Shown here: piece after piece, positions 1 to 28,576 of the stretch | How the letters are laid out: each line of letters starts with the position of its first letter | How positions within the stretch are numbered: position 1 is the first letter of the stretch | NCBI GenBank assembly: GCA_002269645.1 | Contig: NIVC01001777.1 | Location: forward strand, 174,498 to 238,497 | Direction: 5' to 3' | Length of the DNA stretch: 64,000 nucleotides | Source of the DNA: Macrostomum lignano | Taxonomy: Eukaryota | The notes under the pieces: model-generated | Database searches by the model: none | What the model was told of the DNA's origin: nothing | Seen by the model: the letters and a program-made list of their open reading frames with translations, nothing else | Made by a program: the position numbers and the translations under genes

Positions 1-500
1 TAGACACCCTGACCCTCATGAGACACCCTGACCCTCCTATACTAGACACCCTGACCCTCATGAGACACCCTGACCCTCATGAGACACCCTGATCCTCCTA
101 TACTAGACACCCTGACCCTCCTATACTAGACACCCTGACCCTCCTATACTAGACACCCTGACCCTCATGAGACACCCTGACCCTCCTATACTAGACACCC
201 TGACCCTCATGAGACACCCTGACCCTCATGAGACACCCTGATCCTCCTATACTAGACACCCTGACCCTCCTATACTAGACACCCTGACCCTCCTATACTA
301 GACACCCTGACCCTCCTATACTAGACACCCTGACCCTCATGAGACACCCTGACCCTCCTATACTAGACACCCTGACCCTCATGAGACACCCTGACCCTCA
401 TGAGACACCCTGATCCTCCTATACTAGACACCCTGACCCTCCTATACTAGACACCCTGACCCTCATGAGACACCCTGACCCCATGAGACACCCTGACCCC
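1..500. repeat. Minisatellite with mixed 19/23-bp units (AGACACCCTGACCCTCATG / AGACACCCTGACCCTCCTATACT), HEATR5 intron 15, distal
   Basis: Tandem units are visible directly; the array runs off the window start. Confidence 0.95.
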
Positions 501-610
501 CTTAAGATGCCCTTGGCCTTTTAAGCACCCTGAAACTTGAGACAACCTATAGCAACTCTCAAGAAACCCAAACTACTTACTCAATTAAGACACTCTAAGG
601 TACTCTCAAG

Positions 611-1870
611 ACACCCTAGCCACACCAAAGACACCTTAGCCACATCAAAGACACCCTAGCCTCACCAAAGACACCCTAGCCTCATCAAAGACACCCTAGC
701 CACATCAAAGACACCCTAGCCTCATCAAAGACACCCTAGCCTCACCAAAGACACCCTAGCCTCATCAAAGACACCCTAGCCTCATCAAAGACACCCTAGC
801 CACATCAAAGACACCCTAGCCACATCAAAGACACCCTAGCCTCATCAAAGACACCCTAGCCTCATCAAAGACACCCTAGCCTCACCAAAGACACCCTAGC
901 CTCATCAAAGACACCCCAGTCTCACCAAGGACACCCCAGTCTCACCAAGGACACATTTAGCTACACTAAAGACACCCTAGTCTTACTAAGGACACCCTAG
1001 CCTCATCAAGGACACCCTAGCCTCATCAAAGACACCCTAGCCTCATCAAAGACACCCCAGTCTCACCAAGGACACCCCAGTCTCACCAAGGACACATTTA
1101 GTTAGCTACACTAAAGACACCCTAGTCTTACTAAGGACACCCTAGCCTCATCAAAGACACCCTAGTCTTACTAAGGACACCCTAGCCTCATCAAAGACAC
1201 CCTAGCCTCACCAAAGACACCATAGCCTCATCAAATAGACCCCAGTCTCCCCAAGGACACATTTAGCTACACTAAAGACACCCTAGTCTTACTAAGGACA
1301 CCCTACCCTCATCAAAGACACCCTAGCCTCATCAAAGACACCCTAGCCTCATCAAAGACACCCCAGTCTCACCAAGGACACCCCAGTCTCACGAAGGACA
1401 CATTTAGTTAGCTACACTAAAGACACTCTAGTCTTACTAAGGACACCCTAGCCTCATCAAAGACACCCTAGCAACATCAAAGACACCCTAGCCTCATCAA
1501 AGACACCCTAGCCTCACCAAAGACACCCTAGCCTCATCAAATAGACCCCAGTCTCCCCAAGGACACATTTAGCTACACTAAAGACACCCTAGTCTTACTA
1601 AGGACACCCTAGCCTCATCAAAGACACCCTAGCCTCATCAAAGACACCCTAGCAACATCAAAGACACCCTAGCAACATCAAAGACACCCTAGCCTCAACA
1701 AAGACACCCTAGCCATACCAAAGACACCCTAGCCTCATCAAATACACCCCAGTCTCACCAAGGACACATTTAGCTACACTAAAGACACCCTAGTCTTACT
1801 AAGGACACTCTAGCCATCCCAAAGACACCCTAGCCTCACCAAGGACACCCTAGCCATACGAAAGACACCC
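611..1870. repeat. Minisatellite with 20-bp unit (AAAGACACCCTAGCCTCATC) and higher-order blocks, HEATR5 intron 15, proximal
   Basis: 20-bp period seen directly. Confidence 0.95.
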
Positions 1871-1922
1871 AGACACCATTGGAGCATTGAGTCACCCCAG
1901 CTCAATATAAAAAGCGCCCCAC

Positions 1923-17303
<15,381 letters not shown>

Positions 17304-17424
17304 TTACGTGGACTGTCGATCAGGAAGAGAATTTAAATTAATATGAGGTTCAAGCTAATCAATGTGGACTAACTTTTAGCACTATTAAGTATAATAGGGA
17401 TAAGCTTAGTAACTGTATGTAGAT

Positions 17425-17520
17425 CATGGGTTGCAAACGTTTTTACCCAAAGGGCCAGATAGAGAATCCAGCTCATGGCTGTGAGCCAGATGAAAGTAAA
17501 AAGAGAAGAGGAGGGGAGGG
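17425..17520. mobile_element. Probable partial hAT-type MITE end related to the 60825-61144 element
   Basis: CATGGGTTGCAAACGTTTTTACCCAAAGGGCC resembles CAGGCGTTGGCAAACTTTTTTTACCCCAAAGG and is followed by GA-rich sequence; no second end was found. Confidence 0.35.
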
Positions 17521-17789
17521 AGCTTAGGTTATAGAGTTTGAACTTTGGCCTTAGCTATACTTCGACTAAGAATATACATTCTAGTCATTCTGACAGCCAA
17601 AGAGAAATAAACAAATAGTTCAAGATATTTTATAGGCCTACTTATTAAACAGTTGCTTGCTAAATTTTCATAAGTAAACATTGTGCTAGCAGACTATGCC
17701 TAACATTTTGCTAGCAAGGTTCTTACTAACAAATTTCAGATCCAAAGCCAAATTTGGCTAGAATATTTCTTGCTAACTTTCAGCTAAAG

Positions 17790-18005
17790 AATTACAAATT
17801 TTTGTTTCCTTGCTAGTAAGGAGAAAGAAAAGGAAAGAGAGAAAAAAAAGAAAGGAGCAAAGAGTGGTAAGAAAGAAAAGAGAGGGAAAAGAGAAAAGGA
17901 AAGGGAAGAGATAAGAAAGAGTGAGGAAAAAGAAAGGAAAATTAAAAGGAAAAAGAAAAGAAATAGTAAGCAAAAAGATAACAAAAGTTGAAAGAAAAAG
18001 ACAGC
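17790..18005. repeat. A/G-rich low-complexity tract
   Basis: Purine-only runs that generate spurious F/L/S ORFs. Confidence 0.8.
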
Positions 18006-21000
18006 CATTTTGCTTAAGAGGGGTTACTTCTAGGCTGGCCTAGTCACTTTGTCTACTGCCAACTTGTTTGTCAAAATAAATACAAGTAAGCTTATCTGCT
18101 AGAAACTTGCCTACTACCAACATGTCTACCAATGGTATTTGATCCCTATTGGAATAAGTTAACAAATTGTAGACAGCCATCTATTGCATTTTCAATAATT
18201 TTTAATGTCACTTTTTAGATTCAAGAAAGGCAAATGGAATCACATTGAATAGCAGAGTTGAATAGCAAGGCATACTAGAGAGTTGTGGTTGACAAGCAGC
18301 AGTGCCAAAAGCATAGCATATGTAAAACATTGTAAGAATAGCATAGTTGTTGTTTAAGACTTTGAATATAGTTTTAGAATATTGAATTCTATTTTGGGTT
18401 TTTGTTCTGATCATTATCTATCTTTTTTGCCATGTTTTGTAATTTTCAAATTGTATTGCATCATTTTTATTCATTTTTTGGCCTAGGGCTATTTTCTTGT
18501 ATCTATGTTGTGCATCTGCCAGTTTTTAAAAACTTTAGCTAAAATCATTTAGTTCAAGAATTATATATAGGCCTAATATTCTTAAAAATAAGAAACATAT
18601 CTATCACTTTATTTATCTATATATTTTGCTTTTACGTATTATTATATAGACATTTCAGTAGAATTATTTAAATATAATATATATATTTTTTTCTTAAAAG
18701 ACATTTACATTTATATATTTTTAATATTTTATAGGAATTTATCTATATACATATAGGCCTAAGCTAGATATATTTGAATAGTTTTACTAAAAATAATACA
18801 AATATATAGTATATAAAATAAATAATAACTAATACTATATGCCTAATGACATTAAAAATTATATTATATTATACTATACAATACTATATAATATACTATT
18901 ATACTATGCTTGCTCTATATATTATATTATTATTTTTAAATAAAAATAATGGTATACAAGACTACCTAATATTCAATATACCTAGGCTAATAATCATTTT
19001 GGAAACAAGACATTTTGGCAAACGACACTGCCAACAAATTTGGGACAAATGAATTTTGTGACAAAGTGACAAAGAAGAAAACATTTTAGGAAAAAGCCTA
19101 TAATATGAATTAAGGAATAAGTCTTGATTTGACAAACCATTTATATTTCATTTATACTAAAGGTAAAACAATCTATAAATAAGGGCACAAAGATAATTTT
19201 TTTATTATAATATTGATAGCAAAATAAAAATAGAAGTCAGTTATAGACTTCATTAAGGCAGTCATTATTTGCACGGTACCATGTAAATATTGCCAATGTT
19301 TTTAACATGGTAACTAAAAAAATACCTTCTAAATACTTATCCTATCAGCCACAGGGACTTCTCAATATTGTCCTTGTATCTTGTATTTTTATATTGAATT
19401 TTAACTAACTAAAGTTAGTGGATAGAGTTTAAGCATAATTTAGATGTTTTTATAGCTTAGCATTTTTTATTAGCTTGTACATGTAGACGTAGTACTCATT
19501 TTGAAAGTATGAAAGGTATTTCAAAAGTACAAAGAATTAATTCAACTCATTTGCCTTTAAAATGATAGATTTGTGGTCAAATATAACTAAACTATATTAC
19601 AAAGCTATAGAAATATAGCTTTAAGAAGTGCATAAAACTAGTTTATATACTAGTCTTAATTTTAGTTACTATGTTAATGACAGTACTATTTACACAGTTA
19701 CTATGCAATTAATGAGTGCCTTTCAATAGACCCTAAATACTTTGCTAAAACAATTATTAAACTTACTGATTTTAAATTGAATAAAAGAAAATTAATTAAA
19801 ATAAAATAAAATGAAGTAATCATAATCAGTCTATTTAAAAGTTAAGTAGGTATTGAGCAGTAGCTGCATTTTTATTTATTAAATTGGTTTATTTGGAGAA
19901 TTTATCAAAATAGCTTAATCTTGTTGTCAAAATGTCTAGTTGCCAAAGTGTCTATCCCTAAAATGTTTTATTACCAAAGTGACTATAGACATAGTAGCCA
20001 GATACCTATACCTAAATAATATTATGCATCGGCCTCTTCAAACATATTTCAAGTAGGCCCTATATTATATAAATCTAAAGCATAAAGGCAAACCTAGCCT
20101 AATACATTTAACATACTAAATTAAGCTCAATAGTTTCTTTTTAAAAATTGTTTTATATTGGGCCTAATTTCCTAGTGCAAGGCTTACTATACAGATAAGT
20201 TAAATTTCGTTTGGCTTTAATTTAAATAAATACTTAGTCTAGAGACATGGCCCAACTTGGTTAGGCCTAGGCCTAGCCAACTTAGGGCCTATAGCCAGGT
20301 ACTGACATCCTGTCAATGTCAATAAATAATAATAAATACCATCATAAAGAGTAGGGCCTACACATTACTTAGGATAGGTAACTATAAGTGGCGCTGCACA
20401 GTAGGGCCTAACACCTGAGAGTAGAATTCGAAATTTCCTAAATTCCGAAACTTCGAATTTTCCGAAATATTTTTTAGATCTTGTCTCAGATTCGAGACGA
20501 GATAACCTTATATTTGTAATTTATATCTCCGAAAAAAATTATAACAGATATGCAAAAAAACTGCAAATCTTGTAAGCATTATACTTGCGTAGAGCAGCCT
20601 CATTATAGTTTAAAATACCCATGGCTTATGCATGTAAATATTACGTCTACGACTACGTGTACTTACACGTAAATTGACAGCTGCAGTTGCTATATACAGA
20701 TCGTAATTACACTACTTTCTACAGTTCGATTTATCGCGAAAAACTATTACTGTGGTTTTAAGAAATTTAACTCTCTTGAGACTTAAATGCTCCCGTTCTC
20801 AGTTACATTTTCGTTTCATTCTCTTCGACTTCCATTCATCAGTATTTAGCTTTATATCGCAATATATTAATTTTGACTTCATATTAGCTGGTCAACAGAT
20901 TCATTGCTTAAATCTTAGATAAATCACCACTACAACACTACTTTCTTAAGTTTATTTCGGCGAATTTGTAAAGAGCTAAATCAGTTCTTGAAATTTTAAA

Positions 21001-21184
21001 TTTTCCTGTACAAAAACCTAATTAAAATTGTCCAAAAAACTGAATCTTAAATTAAATCAACTTAAATCATATTGTGTTAGTGTAGGCCCTAGTGTATCTA
21101 GGCCTAGAAACTTTTTAAGTGAGCATACACACAGGCCTAATTAGTTTTCTCTGCAACCAACACTGTTATTTTGCATTCTGCACT

Positions 21185-21271
21185 ATGGATTATCGACTTG
21201 CTCTTGAAAACGCACAAAAAAATGTAGAGCAACAAAAGCTGGCTCTTGAAAAAGCTAGCAAAGCCATTCAG
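21185..21271 (+). CDS. SPT2: Probable first coding exon of SPT2 (MDYRLALENAQKNVEQQKLALEKASKAIQ)
   Basis: Runs from ATG to a CAG|GTTAGT donor: 87 bp, phase 0, compatible with the phase-0 acceptor at 42519. Resembles the MDF..L..A.KN N-terminus of animal Spt2 proteins as I recall it. The link to 42519 is an inference. Confidence 0.5.
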
Positions 21272-23433
21272 GTTAGTAGATTGATTGTATTATATTTATG
21301 CCATTGTCTAGGAATAATTTTGTTCTCAAGATTTTCTTAGGCCTACTATTGATTTTTGAATCTTACAACTGAAATATGGCTGAGACTACAGATTGTAATA
21401 CAGTGTTGTAATATAAACACAATTAGGCCCACAAATAGTTTATTATACTGCACTAATTTTCATTAAAGTTTCTTATGTTACAAGGCAGTGAGGCACCTTT
21501 AAAAACCCAGCATCATATATTTAAATATGAAATTTATTCCAATATAAATTTTGATACATGATTAGCTTCTTTACTACTAGGCCTACTTAGGCTACCTAAA
21601 TATGTCGCAATATAATATTATTTTTTACGAAGAGCTTGCGTGCACAGCCGCCGTTCACGTAAGCTTGAATTGCATGCACGGCAGAGCTATATCTTATAGG
21701 CTTATACAGTAAGGGCCTTTTCATATTGCTTGCTCTGGTTCCAGAACCAGAACCAATTTGTGAAGTATAACTTTTTGTCTCCATAACTAGAGGGAGATAG
21801 TGTTATAAAGTTTTTATTATTGAATGACAATCGCCAAGAAGAAAATGAAAAATTGTGCTAAGTTAGGTTGTTAAGGCAGTCAAATAATAACAGAGTTTAA
21901 TAGTTATATTGCTGTTTTTCTTGGAATTCCGAACCGATTCTTGTTCTAGAATTGGTAATATAAAAAGGCCTTAAGTCATATACTATTCAAATTAATATTC
22001 AAGTTAACAAAAAAACAATGAATTAAGATTACATTTGGAGTGCATGGTGTATGAGGGATAAAACATTATAAAACAATGTAGTAAAAATATTTTTTAATTA
22101 GATTTGCCAATGCCAATGCGTGGATTTAAGGGCTCCAGTCCCGGCCAATTGCCGGCTGCCTTGCATGCAATTACAACACTAGGTGTACGGCTGCATACAT
22201 GCAAATAAAGCACTAGGTAGATAGCCGCCCTGCACGCAATTCTGAGCTTACATAAACGGCTGCCGTGCACGCAAGCTCTTCGTATTTTTTATCTACTAAA
22301 AACAATTATTTCTATAACAATAAAAATGGAAGCAAAAATAAGTTTATTGCATATTTTGCCTTAAAATTTCAACCTAGAAGCTTAAAAATCTATATTGTTC
22401 TGATCCTAAGATTAAATCCTAGGATTGGCCAAATTTTAAGATTAAATCCTAGGATCCCGGGATAACAAAAAACTGGCAATCCCTAGCTAAGACACTCTTG
22501 TTCATTATACTAAATCATATGTCCAATTTCTTGAAAACAAAACAAAATCCAATTAAACAAGAAACAATAATGTAATTCTCACACCTAGGTCTAATCTGTT
22601 TAGATCATATAATAGTAGCAGTGTATACTAGAGGAAAAAATTATATATTAGCTAAGAGCATACTAATGAATACCAAAAATAGATAAGCAACAAGTAAAAC
22701 TTGGCTTAACTATTAGCTGGCCTAGCTATGCCAATAATTATATAATTGTTTTTTGTCTCTAGAGTAGGGCAAAAAAGTAGTAAAGGGCCTAGGCTATAAG
22801 TTAAACTTGTATTCATACTAACATAATAAACAGGTTAGTTGAAATATCTATGATAAATTAATAACTAGGATTGTCTGTGGGAAAGAATATGATAGACAAA
22901 GGGAGTTGACTAACTGAAAAGTACAAGGCTAAATTGCAAAACAGAAAGTACAAATTTTTTAAGGATAGAAATCTGACATGTGTTGTCTGATGTGGCATTC
23001 ATGCATGTTTGTAATGTTTATAGCCCAAAGGGATAAATTGCTTAAACTATTTTTTCAATGCTAGGAAAAGGAAGTCTAAGCACTTCTTGCTGCTAATTAG
23101 TTCTTGCTAAAACCATTAACCAACCATTAAATCTATCAACACCATGCTAGGAGGCCACCCTCAAATTGTTGGGAATCGTTAGGAATTGCTAAAGATAGAA
23201 AAAGTGTTTAAAAAACAGGAAGTTGTTAATTTTACTGTTTTAATAGCTTGGGGAATGTCCAAACATGCTAAAATCTGCTTTCATTTGGAGAAAATGCAAA
23301 AAAACATTTAAAAAATAGTTTATTAAATAATTTGAGAAGAATGGTACTCTTTCTTTTCTACTAAACTCATCATATGATCATATGAATCATATGATAGTGT
23401 AGCAATTTAAATAAATTAGGCAGAAGGTGGTTT

Positions 23434-26400
23434 CAGTGTTGCCACCAATACTTGGCTCAAAAAAATCGCAGGGAACTAAAAAAATCGCAGCTAATTTTGA
23501 AGCTCACTAATCAGTGTATTGTGCACTAATTGTGTTCTGCCTTTATATTTATTGTCAATGTCAACCAAAAGATTTAGAAACTTAACAGAAGAAATAATGA
23601 AAAATTATTTGATTAACTTTTCATCAGCAAAATCTAGTCATTGGTCAGTCAAAGTATAAAGTGTTGTTAATAAATAAAAAAGTTCAGCAATCAAACATGT
23701 ATTAAATTGTAACAATATATAGCACTCATCACGCCACTTGGTTCATGGGCCTTAATTTTTCTTCTTTAGAACTTTTGGCAGTCACGACAGAGCAGCGTAC
23801 TCAGCCTGCCGCTTTTGTTTAGCCACCTCTTCAGCAACACTTGACGGTGCACTCAACAGCACTATGCTTGATTTTTAACCGTCGCACCTCGAAGCTAGAC
23901 AAGCAAACTGCGGAGTCTTTCTTGGCTTCTTGTGCCTTTTGAAGTTTGATCATTGCATGCTCAATGTGTTGCTGCACTTGAGCGCGTCACAGTTGTAACA
24001 GGTAGGATTTTGGGTCTTGCCTGCACCTTCTGCTCACGTCGGATAACAAAGAATTGAACTCGAAGCACTGTTTTCTGGGCCCAGGCTGCTGCGGCCTACA
24101 GCCCAGCCAAGGCAATGGCCATGCCTTTAGGCCCGCAGATGCGGGCGAGGGAAAAGTAAAGCGAGCGCCTCCACTGTCTCTCCTTTTATTTTAAACACTG
24201 CAGAACAGGCGCGTGGGAACGTAAACTCTTAAAGGCTACACAGAACAAAATGCAAATTTCGCAGCAAGTTTTTGGTGCAGACATCCTTTGCAAATATGAC
24301 TGCATTTTATGCAACTCATAACAGTTGTGCCTTGTCTTTCTTCTTATGTTTGTCTTTTCCTGGCTAGCTAGCTGCTCTAATTCGCTGCGACAAATGCAGT
24401 CATACAGTTTTTAAATTTTCGTTGGATTCAGGATTAAGGACATGGGTTATAAAAACAAACAATATGATGCAGAACCGAGTTCTAACTCTTCATTTTCATC
24501 AACATACCTGCGTAGCCTTCGCTTGAATTTGCCATGCCTTCTCCTCTGCCAGATGTTGCAGCTCGTTGTCCGTCTTCTCGGCTTTGCTGCTCAGCCAAGT
24601 GCTTCTTGTACTCCACATTTGCATTCAATGCTGCATCCAACAGGCTGTCCGGTATTGGAACTGTACTTGGTTTCAGCCTTCTAGCTGCCAAGTAGCTCTT
24701 TGCCAACAGTGAGTTAAGCCTAGTGCTGTCTGATATTCTGTTCCACTTCTCCTGGGCATCGATGTCATTCGACTTTCCGATGTGCCGCTCGCAGTCTGCA
24801 TTTGAAAAAGCATGCAGCAAGCAATGCCAAGGCGGCCAAGCAGCGGAAAGTCTTCTGACAGAGAAATTGTGTGCCATTCCATTGGCAAAGCCTTCACTGT
24901 TATTGCCTGAGTTGTTTGCATCTGCCTCAGGTTGAAGAGGCGGACTTCCGTTGCTAGCTAGTCAATCTCGCTGGGTGGAATGACTTCCGGCAGGCTGTTA
25001 GCTACATAAAGAACACTTTTTTCCTCAATGGGAAGGGACGTATCTAAAAACGTCAGGCTCCTCAAAATCCTTGAGGCGAACAGCAAATGCGTCTTCAAGT
25101 ACATAGCCAGGCTGACGTACACCTGCTTGAAGGCGAATAGTTGCGGTCTGGCACTTGGACCATTGCCAAGCAGGTCCTTTGCTTTAGAACCCACCATTAT
25201 TTCATCAAGCGGGAGTTGAATGGCAGAGCTCCTAAAGTCCACTTTCTGGATAATCTTCTCCTTGATAGCAACTGGCTGAATGAATTGAACCGCAACGGAC
25301 TCCAGAAACAGCTGACTTTTCAGTGGAGTGGATGCAGTGGACCAGCACTGTGTCACGCTGCTGAAACGTCATCTCGTACTTTTCAAGCAGATGTAGAACA
25401 TGGATGATGAAATTAATTGCTGGAAGTGTTACTGGGTCTTCGATTGCCTGCTGGATTTGCTGCATTCGTGCATTAGTTGAACCTTCTCGATCGCGGAAGT
25501 AGACAGCAAGCACATTCCATTGCTCCTTGATTCGTAGCAGACATTGCAGTAGACTCAGCCAGCGCGTTTCTACGTTCCGCAGAAACGTGTGCCTTGTCAT
25601 GTTTATTGTCTTCTGGAGATCTTCTATCTCCTTCAAGCGCTTTCCACTCCGGGTGAAACAGCTGTGAATATCTTCACAGAATGAAGCGGCTGTCGGCAAA
25701 TGCGATTCAACTGCAATTCAAGTGGCATTGGCAATTACATGCAATGTGCAGCCACCAGTATCAACAAGATGCTTCAGCTCAGGCTTATCTTGGAGGCACT
25801 TAACGACTCCCGAGTAGACGCCCTGCATAACATTGCAGTTTGTTGAAGAAGTCGCCGATCCACTTGCAAAAAGGCAGACCATGATCTAGGATGCACTGAT
25901 AGATCAAACTGGCATATGATTTGGCATCAAACGATTCCATTGTTACGAAGTCCAGAATCTCCGTTAAAATTTGTCCCTCCTGTAGGTAGCAGATACATAG
26001 CATCATGCGGCCATCACTTTCGTTAAAACTAACCAAATAGAATCTAGCCTGCAGCACTGCTTTAGTGATTTTAGTTTGACATAGGGCGCAATGGCATGGT
26101 TCAATAAGTAAGACATTTTTGTCCTTGCACAGCTAAAATCCTTGGCAATCCTAGAATCTGTAAACATAGCCTGAAACAACTCAGATGATTCTTCTCCAGC
26201 AAAAGACTTCGACTTAAAGGCCGCGTTCCATGTCCAAATGACCTCAGATTTGGTAACGGTTGCTTTTCGTTGATCATTGCTTGCTTCACGAGGCCGCTGC
26301 TGCACAAACTGTACCATTGGCTTGGTATTTTGCAGGCTAGCTAAGTTGGTATTGTGCTTGGCTGTCTTTGCGTGGGCCTTCACCACAGAAATGCCGCTTG

Positions 26401-26870
26401 ATGCAACATTCAGTTTCACATTACAGGCTGCACAGAATGCTTCGTGCTCTGCTGTACAAGAACGCAGCCAGGAAACAGCATCAAGTTGCTCGATCCATTT
26501 AGCATCAAAGGCAGTTTTCCTGCTAGTGCTAGCAGTCATAGTGTAGGTGCTCTGGCTGAAAGAAAACGCGAGTAGCTAAAAATTATTGCGCCAAATCTTA
26601 GCAATTCAACAACATAGAAAGTAGATATCGATAGTTAAATATGAGCAGCAAAGAAGTTAATACCTTTCTTCTGATTCTGTTATATTTTAACAATTTAGTC
26701 TCACTGAAACAATAGCAACCTTGAACATAACACAAGAGACGTAGGAAAAGACAAAATGTTGCTGCACACGCACAGTGCACAAGTGCAATTAAAACAATCG
26801 CTAAAACTAGTCTATTATAGCTCGTAACAAAAAAATCGCTAAGCGATTAAAAAAAAGAATAACCACTGGT
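23434..26870 (-). mobile_element. Decayed hAT-superfamily DNA transposon (boundaries approximate)
   Basis: Candidate end CAGTGTTGCCA at 23434; AAAAAAATCGC subterminal motifs at both sides; transposase fragments lie between. No matching second TIR or TSD was found. Confidence 0.7.
24482..26539 (-). pseudogene. hAT transposase pseudogene
   Basis: N-terminal zinc finger (FCAACNVKL...HAKTAKH), FSCARTKMSY, F(D/N)ES, GCTLHVIANA, ETRWLS and SNADCER motifs are spread over at least four frames; there is an in-frame TGA near 25720. Confidence 0.88.
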
Positions 26871-26983
26871 TATTCTTTAATAATGTTCAGTTAAGGGGAG
26901 TAAAGAAGAGTAAAAGAGTGTCACGTTTTGAGTCGTAGTCCCCAAAGAAGGATGAGTTGAACAATTGGCGGTGTAGCAGTTTA

Positions 26984-28576
26984 GGGATAGCGACGTTTGC
27001 CTGCGGGACGTTTGCCAGCCGACGTTTGCCTGCGGGACGTTTGGCTGCGGGACGTTTGCCAGCCGACATTTGCCAGCCGACGTTTGCCAGCCGACGTTTG
27101 CCAGTGGGACGTTTGCCAGCCGAAGTTTGCCTGCCGGACGTTTGCCAGCCGACGTTTGCCTGCGGGACGTTTGCCAGCCGACATTTGCCAGCCGACGTTT
27201 GCCAGCCGACGTTTGCCAGCCGACGTTTGCCAGCGGGACGTTTGCCAGCCGAAGTTTGCCTGCCGGACGTTTGCCAGCCGACGTTTGCCAGCCGACGTTT
27301 GCCTGCCGGAAGTTTGCCAGCCAAAATTTGCTAGCCAATATAAAGCCAGTCAGTGAAAAATTTGATACTGAAACATTCGCAGTTTAGCGGTTTGACAAAA
27401 ACCGTTTTTACTCCAACTTTTTGACGGTTATTCGCATGTATACAAGTTTGAAAGCAAAATATATAAATTATGCAGTTCATCAGTCTAACGTCTAATATCT
27501 AGTTTAACAACGATTTTGGCACAACATATCAAAAGATGAACATTGGGTTTGCCTCGTATGAAAGCAATAACAATTGTTGTGCTGAAAAGATGAAAACTCC
27601 CTATGGCCTTCAAAACATTTTTCATCGATTTCGAGTGCTGCGTACTTCTACTTTAGTAGTCCTTGGCATGACTAAGCTTTGCATATGTAGTGTCTAGCGC
27701 TTGCTATTCTACTAGCTTGCTACTGGCGGCTTGTCTGGCTATTCAGCTATATAGCTTACTATAAAAACGTACCGCATTCGACTCGTCTACACATGTACGT
27801 TGAGATCGCGGTTTCCTTGCTTACTTGAGTAGTAATACAACAGCATTGGAATCAATTTGCTTACTTTTAGATCTCCCAATGAACTGAGAAATAGATGAGC
27901 CAGAATTACCGCTCAGCAGCTCTTTTTGTTTGCCTCATAACTTAATCGCTGGAGATTCCCGTTGTAATCTGCGCGTCTTCTTTCGCACATCAAAAATCAA
28001 ACATCTCAAACTGGGAAAAACGATACACAATTGTCAAAAGTTAACAATATTTTCACATTCAAAGAAAATCTTTGTTAAACTGGATATTAGATGCATAAAT
28101 TTCATAATTTATAGATTTTGCTTTCAAACTTGTATATATGCGAATAACCGTCAAAAAGTTGGAGTAAAAACGGTTTTTGTCAAACCGCTAAACTGCGAAT
28201 GTTTCAGTATCAAATTTTTCACTGACTGGCTTTATATTGGCTAGCAAATTTTGGCTGGCAAACTTCCGGCAGGCAAACGTCGGCTGGCAAACGTCGGCTG
28301 GCAAACGTCCGGCAGGCAAACGTCGGCTGGCAAATGTCGGCTGGCAAACGTCCGACTGGCAAACGTCCCGCTGGCAAACGTCGGCTGGCAAATGTCGGCT
28401 GGCAAATGTCGGCTGGCAAATGTCGGCTGGCAAACGTCGGCTGGCAAACGTCCCGCAGGCAAACTTCGGCTGGCAAACGTCCCGCTGGCAAACGTCGGCT
28501 GGCAAATGTCGGCTGGCAAACGTCCCGCAGGCAAACGTCGGCTGGCAAACGTCCCGCAGGCAAACGTCGTAGACCC
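26984..28576. mobile_element. Non-autonomous foldback / MULE-like element (1593 bp) with ~530-bp TIRs containing 14-bp tandem repeats
   Basis: 26984-~27510 is the reverse complement of ~28070-28576. Ends are GGG...CCC; flanks are AGCAGTTTA (26975-26983) and AGCAGTTTG (28577-28585), an 8/9 match to a 9-bp TSD. Confidence 0.9.

Noticed and set aside
22440-22490. CTGGCAATCCCTA as a hAT-like TIR
   Set aside because: No partner end or TSD was found in the window.
23426-26876. ACCACTG at 26868 as the partner TIR of the hAT element
   Set aside because: Only about 5 bp match CAGTGTTGCCA, and the 8-bp flanks (GGTGGTTT vs GTTATTCT) are not a TSD.
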